DNA of 64,000 nucleotides from an uncultured Acidobacteriota bacterium (GCA_963702425.1 CAVPCQ010000010.1:68182-132181), one strand, 5' to 3'; positions 20,322 through 30,333 are shown, numbered from the stretch's first letter. The notes: generated by a model not told the origin, from the letters alone. Translations and numbers: made by a program.

Positions 20322-20639
20322 TCAGGGCCACCAGGTGACGCCCTTGTCGTCCTTCTTCGTGCCCGTGCACGGCGCGTTGGTGATCCTGCCCTTGTCGTCG
20401 TACTTGCAGTCCTTGTACTTCTTGGCGGCCATGCCGGGCTCGGGCGTGATGACGGCGCCCGTGCCGACCTGCCGGAACACGCGCGGCTTCGCGGGAGTGC
20501 CCGCCGCCTTGGGATCGGCAGTGGCTTTTCCCGAGGCCGAGGCCGCTCCGGTCGGTGCGGGGTCCTTGGCGTAGCTGGCGGCCGCGAGCAGCGCGGCCAG
20601 CGCGAGTGCGACGATGAGCCTGGGGGCGAGCTTCTTCAT
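20322..20639 (-). CDS. Small secreted Lys-rich hypothetical protein (105 aa)
   Basis: RBS AGGAGG; MKKLAPRLIVALALAALLAAASYA signal peptide; two Cys; ends GVTWWP. Confidence 0.7.
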   Translation of the reverse strand: MKKLAPRLIVALALAALLAAASYAKDPAPTGAASASGKATADPKAAGTPAKPRVFRQVGTGAVITPEPGMAAKKYKDCKYDDKGRITNAPCTGTKKDDKGVTWWP

Positions 20640-20818
20640 CGGCTTCCTCCTGTCGGCAGCTGGCGTGAGGCCCACTAAATGCGAACCATTACCAGTTGCG
20701 TACCCGGAAGGTAGGTTCGGAAGCGATCGCCTGCCAACCGTCCCACCCCGCTGCCGGCTTACCACTCGGTCAGGCCGGCCCCGCAGTGGAGTGCCCCGGT
20801 CTGCACGGTGCCGGCCGC

Positions 20819-23218
20819 TCACTCCGCCATGACGCCCCGTCCCCTGATCTCGTCGAGTTCCCGCTGCTCGGCGGGAGTGAGCGTCTCTTCGCCGATCCTC
20901 ACGACGACCTTGTTGATCGTGCCGCTGAACTTGAACGGGACCCGGTACTCCTCGCTGACGGGCGTGCCGGTGTCTTCGCCCGCATCGAAGGTCTCGTCGA
21001 GCGACATGCGGAAGGCGAGGGACCGGCCGAGCTTGCCTTCGGCGGCCTTCGCGCCGTCCACGGTCAACGTGGCCGTGCCGCCCTTGCCGAGGCCCGGGCC
21101 GTCGTACTTGAAATCGAGCACGACGGCGTGCCTGCCGGGCGTGAGCTTGTCCCTGCCCCTGACGAAGTACCGTTCGACGCCGGCGAGGTTGTAACAGAAG
21201 ACGGGCCTGCCATCGAGCACGTAGAGCCCCCAGCCCGCGAATCGCCCACCCTGGGTGATCAGCATGCCGCTCGCACCGCTGGCTGGAACCTCCACGCTCG
21301 CGGTGATCTGGTACGATTTGTTCTTCATGTCCGGCGCCGCACCTTCGGGAATGCGCACCTGGCCCGGGTAGTAGCTGAACACTGATCGTCCCCGCGTCAG
21401 GCTGGGGCGGTTGGTCGTGTCGAGACGCTCGACCTTGCTGTTGTCCAGCGGGAGGACGCTGTACTTGGCCGCTTCCACCCAGAACAGGTCCTGCAGTTCG
21501 CGGAGCCTGGCCGGCTCCTTGTCGACGAGGTTGTTGGCTTCGCTGAAGTCGTCGGTGACGCGGTAGAGTTCCCACTTGTAGTCGGAGATACCGACGCTTC
21601 CGGTAACGGAAGCCCACGGCGGCGTCGGAGGTGTCGTGGCGGCGACCCAGCCGTCGTTGTAGATCGCGCGGTTGCCGAGCATCTCGAAGTACTGGGTGCG
21701 GTGACGCGACGGGGCCTTCGCGTCCCCGAACGAATAGGCCATGCTCACGCCTTCCACGGGCTTCTGCGGAACCCCGTTGAGCACGGAGGGCGACTGCACG
21801 CCGACGGCTTCGAGGATGGTCGGGTAGATGTCGATGACGTGGTGAAACTGGGTACGGATGCCGCCCTTGTCCTTGATGCGAGCGGGCCAGGAGATGACGA
21901 GCCCGTTGCGCGTGCCCCCGAAGTGCGAGGCGATCTGCTTGGTCCACTGGAACGGCGTGTCCATCGCGTGCGCCCAGCCGATCGGGTAGTGGTTGAAGGT
22001 GTCCGGCCCGCCGAGTTCGTCCATGCGGCGCAGCACTTCCTTGAAGTCCTCGGGAATGTTGTTGAAGAACGTCATCTCGTTGAGCAGGCCGTTCTGGCCG
22101 CCTTCGGCGCTGGCTCCGTTGTCGCCCTGGATGTAGATGACGAGCGTGTTGTCCAGCTCGCCCAGCTCGTCGATCGCGTCGAGGACGCGGCCCATCTGGT
22201 AATCGGCGTGCGACAACGCGGCGGCGTAGACTTCCATCATGTGCGCCGCCACCTTCCTGTGGTCGGCATCGAGGGAATCCCAGGCGGGGATGCCCGGCGA
22301 GCGCTCGGTCAGCCGGGTGTCGGCAGGAACCAGCCCCAGCGCCTTCTGCCGCGCCAGCGTTTCCTCGCGCACCTTGTCCCATCCCTGGTCGAACCGGCCC
22401 TTGTACTTCGCGATCCACTCTTTCGGGGCGTGGTGCGGCGCGTGGGCGGTCCCGGTGGCGTAGTACTGGAGCCACGGCTTCTGCGGGGCGACCGAGTGCA
22501 ACATTCGGATCCGCTCGATGCAGTGGTCGGCCATGTCCGTGTCGAAGAAGTAGTCCTTGGCGTCGTGCGGCGGCTCGATGGGCTTGATCCCCTCGATGAT
22601 GGCCGGGTTCCACTGGCTCGTGTCGCCGCCGATGAAGCCGTAGAAGTACTCGAACCCGAGTCCCGTCGGCCACAGGTCGAACGGCCCGGCCTGGCTGCCG
22701 TGCCAGTCGGGAACGTTGTGGTTCTTGCCGTACCAGGCGGTGTTGTAGCCGTTCTGCTTCAGGACCTCCGCGAAGGTCCCCGAGCTCTTGGGCATCAGCG
22801 TGTTGTAGCCGGGGAAGCCGGTGCCAGCTTCCATGATCACGCCGGTGGCGTTCGAATGATGGTTGCGTCCGGTGAGCAGCGCGGCGCGCGTGGGCGAGCA
22901 GAGCGCCGTGGTGTGGAACTGCGTGTACCGCAGGCCGCTCGCCGCCAGCCGCTCGAACGTCGGGGTCGGAATCGGCCCGCCGAACGTGCTCGATGCGCCG
23001 AAGCCGACGTCGTCGGTCAGGATGATCAGAATGTTCGGGGCGCCCTTCGGGGCCTCGACTTCCTTCGGGAAATCCTTGACGGAATCCTGGGCCGTGAGCC
23101 CGATCCGGCCGCCGAAGGGCTGCTCCGGCCGCGGAAGAACCTCCTGGGCCACGGAAGGCAGCGTGCAGGCCGCGGCCAGGACAAGGCAGAGAATGGCAAG
23201 GATCGTCGGTCTCTTCAC
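20819..23218 (-). CDS. Arylsulfatase (Cys-type, formylglycine-dependent sulfatase)
   Basis: GTG start at 23218 after GAGGAGG; signal peptide; PNILIILTDDVG, LCSPTRAALLTGR (CxPxR), GKNH, HAPHH, GDNG. Confidence 0.95.
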   Translation of the reverse strand: MKRPTILAILCLVLAAACTLPSVAQEVLPRPEQPFGGRIGLTAQDSVKDFPKEVEAPKGAPNILIILTDDVGFGASSTFGGPIPTPTFERLAASGLRYTQFHTTALCSPTRAALLTGRNHHSNATGVIMEAGTGFPGYNTLMPKSSGTFAEVLKQNGYNTAWYGKNHNVPDWHGSQAGPFDLWPTGLGFEYFYGFIGGDTSQWNPAIIEGIKPIEPPHDAKDYFFDTDMADHCIERIRMLHSVAPQKPWLQYYATGTAHAPHHAPKEWIAKYKGRFDQGWDKVREETLARQKALGLVPADTRLTERSPGIPAWDSLDADHRKVAAHMMEVYAAALSHADYQMGRVLDAIDELGELDNTLVIYIQGDNGASAEGGQNGLLNEMTFFNNIPEDFKEVLRRMDELGGPDTFNHYPIGWAHAMDTPFQWTKQIASHFGGTRNGLVISWPARIKDKGGIRTQFHHVIDIYPTILEAVGVQSPSVLNGVPQKPVEGVSMAYSFGDAKAPSRHRTQYFEMLGNRAIYNDGWVAATTPPTPPWASVTGSVGISDYKWELYRVTDDFSEANNLVDKEPARLRELQDLFWVEAAKYSVLPLDNSKVERLDTTNRPSLTRGRSVFSYYPGQVRIPEGAAPDMKNKSYQITASVEVPASGASGMLITQGGRFAGWGLYVLDGRPVFCYNLAGVERYFVRGRDKLTPGRHAVVLDFKYDGPGLGKGGTATLTVDGAKAAEGKLGRSLAFRMSLDETFDAGEDTGTPVSEEYRVPFKFSGTINKVVVRIGEETLTPAEQRELDEIRGRGVMAE

Positions 23219-23291
23219 GATGGACCTCCTCGTTCCGGAGAGGCGCGAGTCTACATCGACTCGTCGAGCGTGGGAGTCGGAGGCTGCAGGA

Positions 23292-23317
23292 GGGCCGGCA
23301 CGGAGGCCGGCCCCTAC
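23292..23317 (-). repeat. GTAG-type REP-like palindrome
   Basis: Minus strand GTAGGGGCCGGCCTCCGTGCCGGCCC, identical to the copy at 27217-27242; its TAG is the stop codon of the ABC permease. Confidence 0.8.
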
Positions 23318-24594
23318 AGGGTTTCCCAGCGGCGGGTGAGCAGGCGCGCGACGAGGAAGCCGACGAGGCCGACGGCGAACAGCAGGGCGACCGGCACGGC
23401 CAGTGAGGCCAGCCCCTGGTCGCGCCAGAAGATCCGCGTGTACCCCTCGAGTGCCCAGGTGTTGGGCGTGATCCAGCCCAGGTCCTGGATCCACTTCGGC
23501 ATGAAGAAGCGCGGGACCATGCTGCCGCCGATCGCGGACAGGATCAGGATCCCGATCGTCGAGACCGCGTGCGCCTGGCGCTGGGTGCGGCTGGCGGCGG
23601 TCAGGGCCAGTCCCAGCCCGGCGGCCGCCGCGGCGGCGGCGACGGTGACGACCAGATAGCCCGCGAGGTGCCCCGGCAGGTCGACGCCGCGCAGCAGCCA
23701 GGCGACGACGAAGATCGCGCTGACCTGCACCACGCCCATCAGCACCAGGAACAGGAACTTCGCGCGCAGCAGCGGCGCCAGTCCCGACGGGCCGGCGAGG
23801 ATCCGGTCGAGGATCCCGGTGTCCTTCTCCTCGAGCAGGTGAGCGGCGGTGCTGGCGGCCGAGAGCATCAGGAACATCACCGCGATCGCGCCCGCGTAGT
23901 AGGCGATGCCGTTCTGCCCCGCCGAGCGGCCGGTCACCTGCTCGACCTCGACGATCGCGCCGAAGTCGCTCTCCGAGGCCTCGTTGCTGGCGTCGGCCTC
24001 GAGCGCTTCGGCGCGCAGCGACGCGATGCCGCGCTCGAACTTCTCGCGCTGCGGGGCGGTCAGCTCGCCCAGCTCGTCCTCGAACAGCCCCATCCCGCCG
24101 CTCGCCAGCACGTCGGGCATCGCCCCAAAGTAGACCTTCTGAAGCAGGCCCTGGGCGATCTGCGAGGCGACCCCTTTGGCGGTGTCCTCGACCAGCACGA
24201 CCGGCGGCCGCGCTGAGGCACCGAAGACGGCGTCGCCGCTTCCCGCCTCCGGGCGGAGGATCAGCCCGACGTCGGCGGTGCCGTTGCGCACCAGCGCGCG
24301 CACGGTATCGCCCGTCAGCTCGGGGAGCGCGACGCCGGAGACGACCCGCTTGCCGTCGGCGCCGACCGCGTCCAGCGCCGGCTCGCGCGCCAGCGCGCGG
24401 GCGAGTCGCCCCGTGGCCTCCGTGCCCCCCTCGTCGGCGATCGCGACCCGGACCGACGGCGCGTCGCCCGAGTGTCCGCCGAAGATCGACGCGAAGACCA
24501 GGAAGAACGCGACCGGCAGCAGAAAGGTCAGCGCCAGCGAGCCCTTGTCGCGCAGCAGCGAGAGCAGCATCGAGCGCAGGACCGCGAGCGTCAT
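23314..24594 (-). CDS. ABC-2 type exporter permease
   Basis: Start MTLAVLRSMLLSLLRDK overlaps the ATPase stop; N-terminal TM helix, extracytoplasmic loop, EEKDTGILDRIL motif, IGGSMVPRFFMP and further TM helices. Confidence 0.9.
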   Translation of the reverse strand: MTLAVLRSMLLSLLRDKGSLALTFLLPVAFFLVFASIFGGHSGDAPSVRVAIADEGGTEATGRLARALAREPALDAVGADGKRVVSGVALPELTGDTVRALVRNGTADVGLILRPEAGSGDAVFGASARPPVVLVEDTAKGVASQIAQGLLQKVYFGAMPDVLASGGMGLFEDELGELTAPQREKFERGIASLRAEALEADASNEASESDFGAIVEVEQVTGRSAGQNGIAYYAGAIAVMFLMLSAASTAAHLLEEKDTGILDRILAGPSGLAPLLRAKFLFLVLMGVVQVSAIFVVAWLLRGVDLPGHLAGYLVVTVAAAAAAAGLGLALTAASRTQRQAHAVSTIGILILSAIGGSMVPRFFMPKWIQDLGWITPNTWALEGYTRIFWRDQGLASLAVPVALLFAVGLVGFLVARLLTRRWETL

Positions 24595-25541
24595 TCGACC
24601 AGCTCCCTGCCGGTGACCTGGAAGTAGACGCCGTAGAGCGACGGCTCGCGGACCGACAGCTCCGCGGCGGACAGCCCGGCCTCGGCGAGGCGCCGGCCCG
24701 CGGCCAGGGCCTCGGCCATGTCGCCGGCGACGACGCCGGTCAGGCGCGCGGGATCGGCGGGATCGGGCACCAGGCCGAGCTGCTGGAGCACCGCGCGCTG
24801 CGTCTCGCCCGAGGGCGGCACCGCGAGCCGCACGACGAGCTCGCGGGCGTGGCCCAGCGTCGTCGCGATCAACTGCGAGAGCGTCCCCTCCGCGCGCAGC
24901 ACGCCGTCGTCGATGATCCCGATCCGGTCGGCGAGCAGCGCCGCCTGGTCCAGGTCGTGCGTCGTGAGCAGGATCGCCATCCCGCGTCCCCGCAGGGAGG
25001 CGAGCATCTCGTGGATCCGCTCGCGGGCCTGCGGATCGACGCCGACCGTCGGTTCGTCGAGCAGCAGCAGCGCCGGCTCGTGCAGCACGCCGGCGGCGAT
25101 GTTGACGCGCCGCCTCATGCCGCCGGAGAGGGTCGACACGCGGCTCATCGCGCGATCGGCGAGCCCGATCCAGTCGAGCGCCTCGCGGGCGCGGCGACGG
25201 GCCTCGACGGCCGACAGCCCGGCGAGCTGCCCGAGGATCTCGAGGTTCTCGAGCGGCGTGAGGTCGGGGTAGAGCGCGATCTCCTGCGGCACGAGGCCTA
25301 GACGCCGGCGGGCACCGGGGTCGACGGCGGGGTCGGCGCCGCCGAGCCGGACGCTCCCGGCGTCGAGCCGGACGCGGCCGCAGATCGCGCGGATCAGGGT
25401 CGTCTTGCCGGCGCCGTTGCGGCCGACGAGGGCGTAGATCTCGCCGGGCCGGAGGGCCAGCCCGACCCCCGCCAGCGCCTGCCGCGGGCCGAAGGCGCGG
25501 CGGGCGTTCTCCACGACGAGCACGGGGGCGTCGGTCGGCAC
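24591..25541 (-). CDS. ABC exporter ATP-binding protein
   Basis: Walker A GRNGAGKTT, signature LSGGM, Walker B LLLLDEPTVGVD, H-loop TTHD. Confidence 0.95.
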   Translation of the reverse strand: MPTDAPVLVVENARRAFGPRQALAGVGLALRPGEIYALVGRNGAGKTTLIRAICGRVRLDAGSVRLGGADPAVDPGARRRLGLVPQEIALYPDLTPLENLEILGQLAGLSAVEARRRAREALDWIGLADRAMSRVSTLSGGMRRRVNIAAGVLHEPALLLLDEPTVGVDPQARERIHEMLASLRGRGMAILLTTHDLDQAALLADRIGIIDDGVLRAEGTLSQLIATTLGHARELVVRLAVPPSGETQRAVLQQLGLVPDPADPARLTGVVAGDMAEALAAGRRLAEAGLSAAELSVREPSLYGVYFQVTGRELVE

Positions 25542-25571
25542 CCGTCGATTCTACGCGCGCGCGGGGTTCGG

Positions 25572-25991
25572 TCAGGCGACCGGTCGCATCACGAAAACGG
25601 CCACCAGCGCCCCCAGGAAGGCCAGCCCGGTCACGACGTGGATCAGCAGCGGCGGGCCGGGGCTCCCTGCGACCTCGCGGGACTTCGATTGGAGCGCGAC
25701 CAGGCACAGGTCGAGCACGATCAGCAGGAACACGAAGGTCAGCTTGGCGTGCATCCAGCCCTGCGAGAAGTAGGCGGTGTGGAGCATCAGCAGCACGAGG
25801 CCCCCGGCCAGCGTGACGATCATCCCGGGCAGGCCGAAGCCGAGGTGGACCCGGCGCATCGCGTCGAGGATCGGCCGCTGAGCTTCGCGCGGGAGCTTCG
25901 TCGCCTGGCGAAGCTGCAACGAGGCGATCAGCAGTGCGCCGATCCACATCACGATCCCGAACAGGTGGATCACCTTGAGGAATCCTTCCAT
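25572..25991 (-). CDS. HemJ-like / CopD-family four-helix membrane protein
   Basis: LKVIHLFGIVMWIG and GWMHAKLTFV match the HemJ His and HxKL motifs; the rest is divergent. Confidence 0.6.
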   Translation of the reverse strand: MEGFLKVIHLFGIVMWIGALLIASLQLRQATKLPREAQRPILDAMRRVHLGFGLPGMIVTLAGGLVLLMLHTAYFSQGWMHAKLTFVFLLIVLDLCLVALQSKSREVAGSPGPPLLIHVVTGLAFLGALVAVFVMRPVA

Positions 25992-26163
25992 CGTGTTCTC
26001 CAGGTCTCGGCCCCCGAAGGGGCGGGGGCCGGATTCTATGCCGTGGGGGCGAGCTCCACACCCGGGAGTCCGCCGGGGCGGCCGGGACCACGGCAGCGGC
26101 CGGGCTTCATGACGGATCCGGGTTAGGGCCTAGAATCCCGGATCCCGTTCCCCCGGAGACCCG

Positions 26164-27192
26164 ATGGCGGACCCCGTCCTGCTGCTCACCGACCCGGCGA
26201 TGCTGGCCCACGACCCGGGCCCCGGGCACCCGGAGCGCCCGGCGCGCCTCGAAGCGGTGCTGGACGTGCTGCGCGAGCGGCCCGCCCCAGGGACGTCATG
26301 GCGCGCGCCGCGGCGCGCCACGCGCGAGCAGGTCGCCCGCGTTCACGATCCGATGTACGTCGACGCCGTCGAGGCGCTGCGCGGCCAGTACGCGGTGCTC
26401 GACGGCGACACCTTCACCTCGCCCGGGACGGTCGACGCGGCGTGGCTCGCGGCGGGTGCGGCGATCGAGGCGGTGGAGGCCGTCGTCCGCAGAGAGGCGC
26501 GGCGGGCCCTCGCCCTGGTCCGTCCACCGGGCCACCACGCCGAACGGGACCACGCGATGGGCTTCTGCTTCTTCAACAACATCGCAGTCGCGGCCGCGCA
26601 CGCGCGGGAGTCGCTCGGCTGCGAGCGCGTGCTGATCGTCGACTGGGACGTGCACCACGGCAACGGCACGCAGCACACCTTCGAGGACCGGCGCGACGTG
26701 CTGGTCTTCAACACCCACCAGTCGCCGCTCTATCCAGGGACGGGGGGGGCGCCGGAGACCGGGCGCGGGGAAGGGGACGGCTTCACCGTCAACGTCCCGC
26801 TGCCGCGGGGATCGGGCGACGCCGACTACGCGGCCGTCTACGAGCAACTGCTGATCCCGATCGCGGAGGCCTACCGGCCGGACCTGGTGCTGGTCTCGGC
26901 CGGCTTCGACGCGCACCGCGACGATCCGCTGGCCGACATGGCCGTAAGCGAGGAGGGGTTCGCGCACCTGTGCGGCGTGGTGTGCGAGATCGCCGACGGG
27001 TGCGCGGAGGGGCGCGTGGCGGTTCTGCTCGAGGGGGGCTACGACCTGGCGGCGCTCGCCCGAAGCGTGCGCGGGTGCGTCGAGATCCTCGCCGGAGCCA
27101 ACGCGCCGGACGTGCGAGGCACGCCGGGATCGGCGGCCGCGGAGTCCCTGGATCGCGCGCGCGTCATCCAGAGGCGGCACTGGCCGGTGTGA
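26164..27192 (+). CDS. Zn-dependent histone deacetylase family protein (lysine/polyamine deacylase)
   Basis: HPERPARL, RPPGHHA, GFCFFNN, DWDVHHGNGTQ, SAGFDAH, LEGGY. Confidence 0.95.
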   Translation: MADPVLLLTDPAMLAHDPGPGHPERPARLEAVLDVLRERPAPGTSWRAPRRATREQVARVHDPMYVDAVEALRGQYAVLDGDTFTSPGTVDAAWLAAGAAIEAVEAVVRREARRALALVRPPGHHAERDHAMGFCFFNNIAVAAAHARESLGCERVLIVDWDVHHGNGTQHTFEDRRDVLVFNTHQSPLYPGTGGAPETGRGEGDGFTVNVPLPRGSGDADYAAVYEQLLIPIAEAYRPDLVLVSAGFDAHRDDPLADMAVSEEGFAHLCGVVCEIADGCAEGRVAVLLEGGYDLAALARSVRGCVEILAGANAPDVRGTPGSAAAESLDRARVIQRRHWPV

Positions 27193-27216
27193 CGGCCCGC
27201 GCGGGTCGCGTGCCCG

Positions 27217-27290
27217 GTAGGGGCCGGCCTCCGTGCCGGCCCGCATGCGGAATGCGTGCGTTTCGGGCCGGCACAGAGGCCGGCCCCTAC
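27217..27290. repeat. REPIN-like inverted pair of GTAG REP palindromes between convergent genes
   Basis: GTAGGGGCCGGCCTCCGTGCCGGCCC (27217-27242) and its inverted copy GGGCCGGCACAGAGGCCGGCCCCTAC (27265-27290), one mismatch, 22-bp spacer. Confidence 0.85.
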
Positions 27291-27306
27291 AGGACCGGCC
27301 GCGCCG

Positions 27307-28284
27307 TCATTTGGTGGGGTTCCAGATGAACTTGCCGCTCTTGTCGACGTAGCCCCACGTGCCGCGCCCGAGCTTCACGCGCGCGAGGCCGTTGTCGAAC
27401 GGCTGCGCCTCGTCGAACTGCGGGTTGATCGCGATCTTGCCGGCCTTGTCGACGTAGCCGTAGCGGTCGTCCAGCTCGAACCAGGCCAGCCCGTCGTGAA
27501 AGTCGCCCGCGCTCTCGAACTGGGGATTGATCGCGATCTTGCCGGTTTTGTCGAGGTAGCCGTCGCGGCCGCCCATGCGGAAGCGCGCCAGCCCGTCCGA
27601 GTAGGGGCCGACGTCGTCGAAGTTGGCGTCGATCTTGAACGCCCCCTTGCCGTCGACGAACCCCTTGCGCTCGCCCAGGCGCACGAACGCAAGCCCCTCG
27701 GAGAAGTCGGACGCGCGCGTGAACTGCGGGTTGATCGCGATCGTTCCCTTGGTGTCGACGAACCCCCACAGGTCGCCCAACTCGACGCGAGCCAGGCCCT
27801 CGTGGAAATCGCCCGCGTCGTCGAACTGCGGGTTGATCGCGAACTTCCCGTTGCTGTCGACGAAGCCCCAGCGGCCGCCCGTCTTGACGCGCGCGCGCCC
27901 CTCGGTGAAGTCGAACGCGTCGTCGAACTGCGGGTTGATCACGATCTTCCCGTCGCGATCGATGTAGCCCCATCGATCGTCCATCCGGACCGCCGCCATC
28001 CCTTCCTTGAACTCCCGGCCGCGCTCGAACTGCGGGTTGACCACGATCTTTCCGGTCGTGTCGATGTAGCCGGCGCGCCGGCCGAGGACGAACCGGGCCC
28101 GCCCCTCGGAGAACGGCCCGGCTTCCTCGAACTGAGGATTGATCACGATCTTGCCGGCCTGGTCGACGTAGCCGATCCGCTCGCCCTGCGTCACCGGGAA
28201 GAGCACCGGAGGCCCCGCGGCCAGGACTGCGGCGGCCGTCGCACCCGCGAAGAGCACCCAACCGACGAAGCGATACCGTGTCAT
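27307..28284 (-). CDS. Secreted WG-repeat protein (about 8.5 repeats of 34 aa)
   Basis: Start MTRYRFVGWVL after GGAGG; repeats G(Y/F)(V/I)DxxGKIxINPQFxxAxxFxEGLA. Confidence 0.92.
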   Translation of the reverse strand: MTRYRFVGWVLFAGATAAAVLAAGPPVLFPVTQGERIGYVDQAGKIVINPQFEEAGPFSEGRARFVLGRRAGYIDTTGKIVVNPQFERGREFKEGMAAVRMDDRWGYIDRDGKIVINPQFDDAFDFTEGRARVKTGGRWGFVDSNGKFAINPQFDDAGDFHEGLARVELGDLWGFVDTKGTIAINPQFTRASDFSEGLAFVRLGERKGFVDGKGAFKIDANFDDVGPYSDGLARFRMGGRDGYLDKTGKIAINPQFESAGDFHDGLAWFELDDRYGYVDKAGKIAINPQFDEAQPFDNGLARVKLGRGTWGYVDKSGKFIWNPTK

Positions 28285-28449
28285 GGTCCGTCCTCCCGCT
28301 CGGTCTCGGGCTGATGGTAGCAGAACGGCGGTACGGCGGTGGCGCAGCGGCGGCGCAGCGGCGGCGCGGGTGCCCTTCCCAAACCGGGCCACCAGGCCGA
28401 TCATGGGGCCGGCCGGACTCCCGCCCGACCGGCCGCGAGTCCACCACCC

Positions 28450-30333
28450 GTGAACGACACCTGGCTCGAACGGTTGCGCCGCGACCAGCCGGACAAGCTG
28501 CGTCCGCTCGACGAGATCTTCGCCCGGATCCGCCGCGGCCAGCGGATCTTCATCGGCACCGGCTGCGGCGAGCCGCAGTTCCTCGCGCGCTCGCTGGCCG
28601 AATACGCGCAGGCGCACCCGAAGGCGATCTTCGACGCCGAGCTGTACCACGTCTGGACGCTCGGCGTGGCGCCGCTGGTCCAGGAGGCGCTCGAGCCGCA
28701 CTTTCGGCTCAACGCCTTCTTCGTCGGCGACGGCGCGCGCGACGCGGTCAACCGCGGGCTGGCCGACTACACGCCGGTCTTTCTCTCGCAGGTGCCGGAC
28801 CTCTTCCGGCGCGGGCTCGTCCCCGTCGACGTCGCGCTGATCCAGACCACGCCCCCCGACGAGCACGGCTACGTCAACCTCGGGATCTCGGTCGACATCG
28901 TGCGCGCGGCGGTCGAGTCGGCCGCCTTCGTCGTCGCGCAGGTCAACCGGAACATGCCGTGGCTGGACGGCGACGGCTCGATCCCGCTGTCGATGATCCA
29001 CGCGATCGTGCCGCACGACGAGCCGCTGCTGGAGTTCGACCAGACGGTGCCGGGCGAGGTCGCCGACCGGATCGGCCACTTCGTCGCGCGGATCGTGCAG
29101 GACGGCGACACGCTCCAGGTCGGCTACGGGGCCACTCCCAACGCGATCCTCGAGCACCTCCGGGACCACCGGCACCTCGGGATCCACTCGGAGCTGATCG
29201 GCGACGGCGTGGTCGCGCTGATGCAGTCGGGCGCGATCGACAACAGCCGCAAGTCGATCGATCGCGGCCGGGCGGTCGGGAGCTTCGTGATGGGCCGGCG
29301 CGAGACCTACGCCTGGCTCGACCGGCACCCCGCGGTCTCACTGCGAACGATCGACTACACCAACGACCCGCTGGTCATCGCGCGCCAGCGCAACATGACG
29401 GCAATCAACGCCGCGCTGCAGATCGACCTGACCGGGCAGGCGACGGCGGAGTCGCTCGGGCGCCGCTTCTTCAGCGGCGTCGGCGGGCAGGCCGACTTTG
29501 CGCGCGGGGCGGTGCTGGCTCCCGGCGGGAAGACGATCCTGGCGCTGCAGTCGACCGCGCGGGGCGGCACGGTGTCGCGGATCGTGTCGGCGCTGGCCGA
29601 GGGAACCGGCGTCACGGCGCACCGAGGAGACGTCCACTACGTGGTCACAGAGTACGGGATCGCCCACCTGCACGGCAAGAACGTGCGCGAGCGGGCGATG
29701 GACCTGATCGCGATCGCCCACCCCGACTTCCGCGGCGCGCTGGTCGAGATGGCGCGCGAGCGGCACCTGGTCTACAGCGACCAGGTCTTCGTGCCGGGAA
29801 AGGCCGGCGAGTACCCCGAGCACCTGGAGGCCTACCGCACGACCAAGACCGGCCTGCCGATCCTGCTGCGCCCGGTCAAGCTCAGCGACGAGGCCCTGCT
29901 CGAGGATTTCTTCCGCGCGCTGTCCGACCGCAGCCTCGAGATGCGCTACGTCGGCCGGCAGCTCTCGGTCCCGCACGCCCGCCGGCAGCGGCTGGTCGGG
30001 ATCGACACCACGAAGGAGATGGTGATCCTCGCGGTCGTGCCGGAGGGGGAACGGGAGATGGTCGTCGGCCTGGGCGAATACTACCTGGACGACGCGAAGC
30101 ACGCGGCCGAGGTCGCGTTCGCGGTGCGCGACGACCACCAGGGTCGCGGCATCGGAACGGAGCTGATCCACTACCTGATCTTCCTCGCCAAGCGGCAGGG
30201 GCTGCACGGCTTCACCGCGGAGGTGCGGCGCGACAACGAGCCGATGCTCCACCTCTTCCGCAAGATGAACTTCGACATCGAGACGCGCCGCGACGAGCTG
30301 GTCTTCGACCTGACGATGAGGTTCCGCGAGTGA
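28450..30333 (+). CDS. Acetyl-CoA hydrolase / 4-hydroxybutyrate CoA-transferase-like domain fused to a C-terminal GNAT domain
   Basis: PPDEHGYVNLGISVD, TLQVGYG, LGIHSELIGDG (catalytic Glu position), SGVGGQADF, VVTEYGIA; C-terminal EVAFAVRDDHQGRGIG...NEPMLHLF. Start GTG 28450 is uncertain. Confidence 0.9.
   Translation: MNDTWLERLRRDQPDKLRPLDEIFARIRRGQRIFIGTGCGEPQFLARSLAEYAQAHPKAIFDAELYHVWTLGVAPLVQEALEPHFRLNAFFVGDGARDAVNRGLADYTPVFLSQVPDLFRRGLVPVDVALIQTTPPDEHGYVNLGISVDIVRAAVESAAFVVAQVNRNMPWLDGDGSIPLSMIHAIVPHDEPLLEFDQTVPGEVADRIGHFVARIVQDGDTLQVGYGATPNAILEHLRDHRHLGIHSELIGDGVVALMQSGAIDNSRKSIDRGRAVGSFVMGRRETYAWLDRHPAVSLRTIDYTNDPLVIARQRNMTAINAALQIDLTGQATAESLGRRFFSGVGGQADFARGAVLAPGGKTILALQSTARGGTVSRIVSALAEGTGVTAHRGDVHYVVTEYGIAHLHGKNVRERAMDLIAIAHPDFRGALVEMARERHLVYSDQVFVPGKAGEYPEHLEAYRTTKTGLPILLRPVKLSDEALLEDFFRALSDRSLEMRYVGRQLSVPHARRQRLVGIDTTKEMVILAVVPEGEREMVVGLGEYYLDDAKHAAEVAFAVRDDHQGRGIGTELIHYLIFLAKRQGLHGFTAEVRRDNEPMLHLFRKMNFDIETRRDELVFDLTMRFRE

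Noticed and set aside
27340-28180. Regular DNA repeats (AACTGCGGGTTGATC) at about 102-bp period, superficially CRISPR-like
   Set aside because: They encode the INPQF motif of 34-aa WG repeats; the intervening DNA is also homologous and no cas genes are present.
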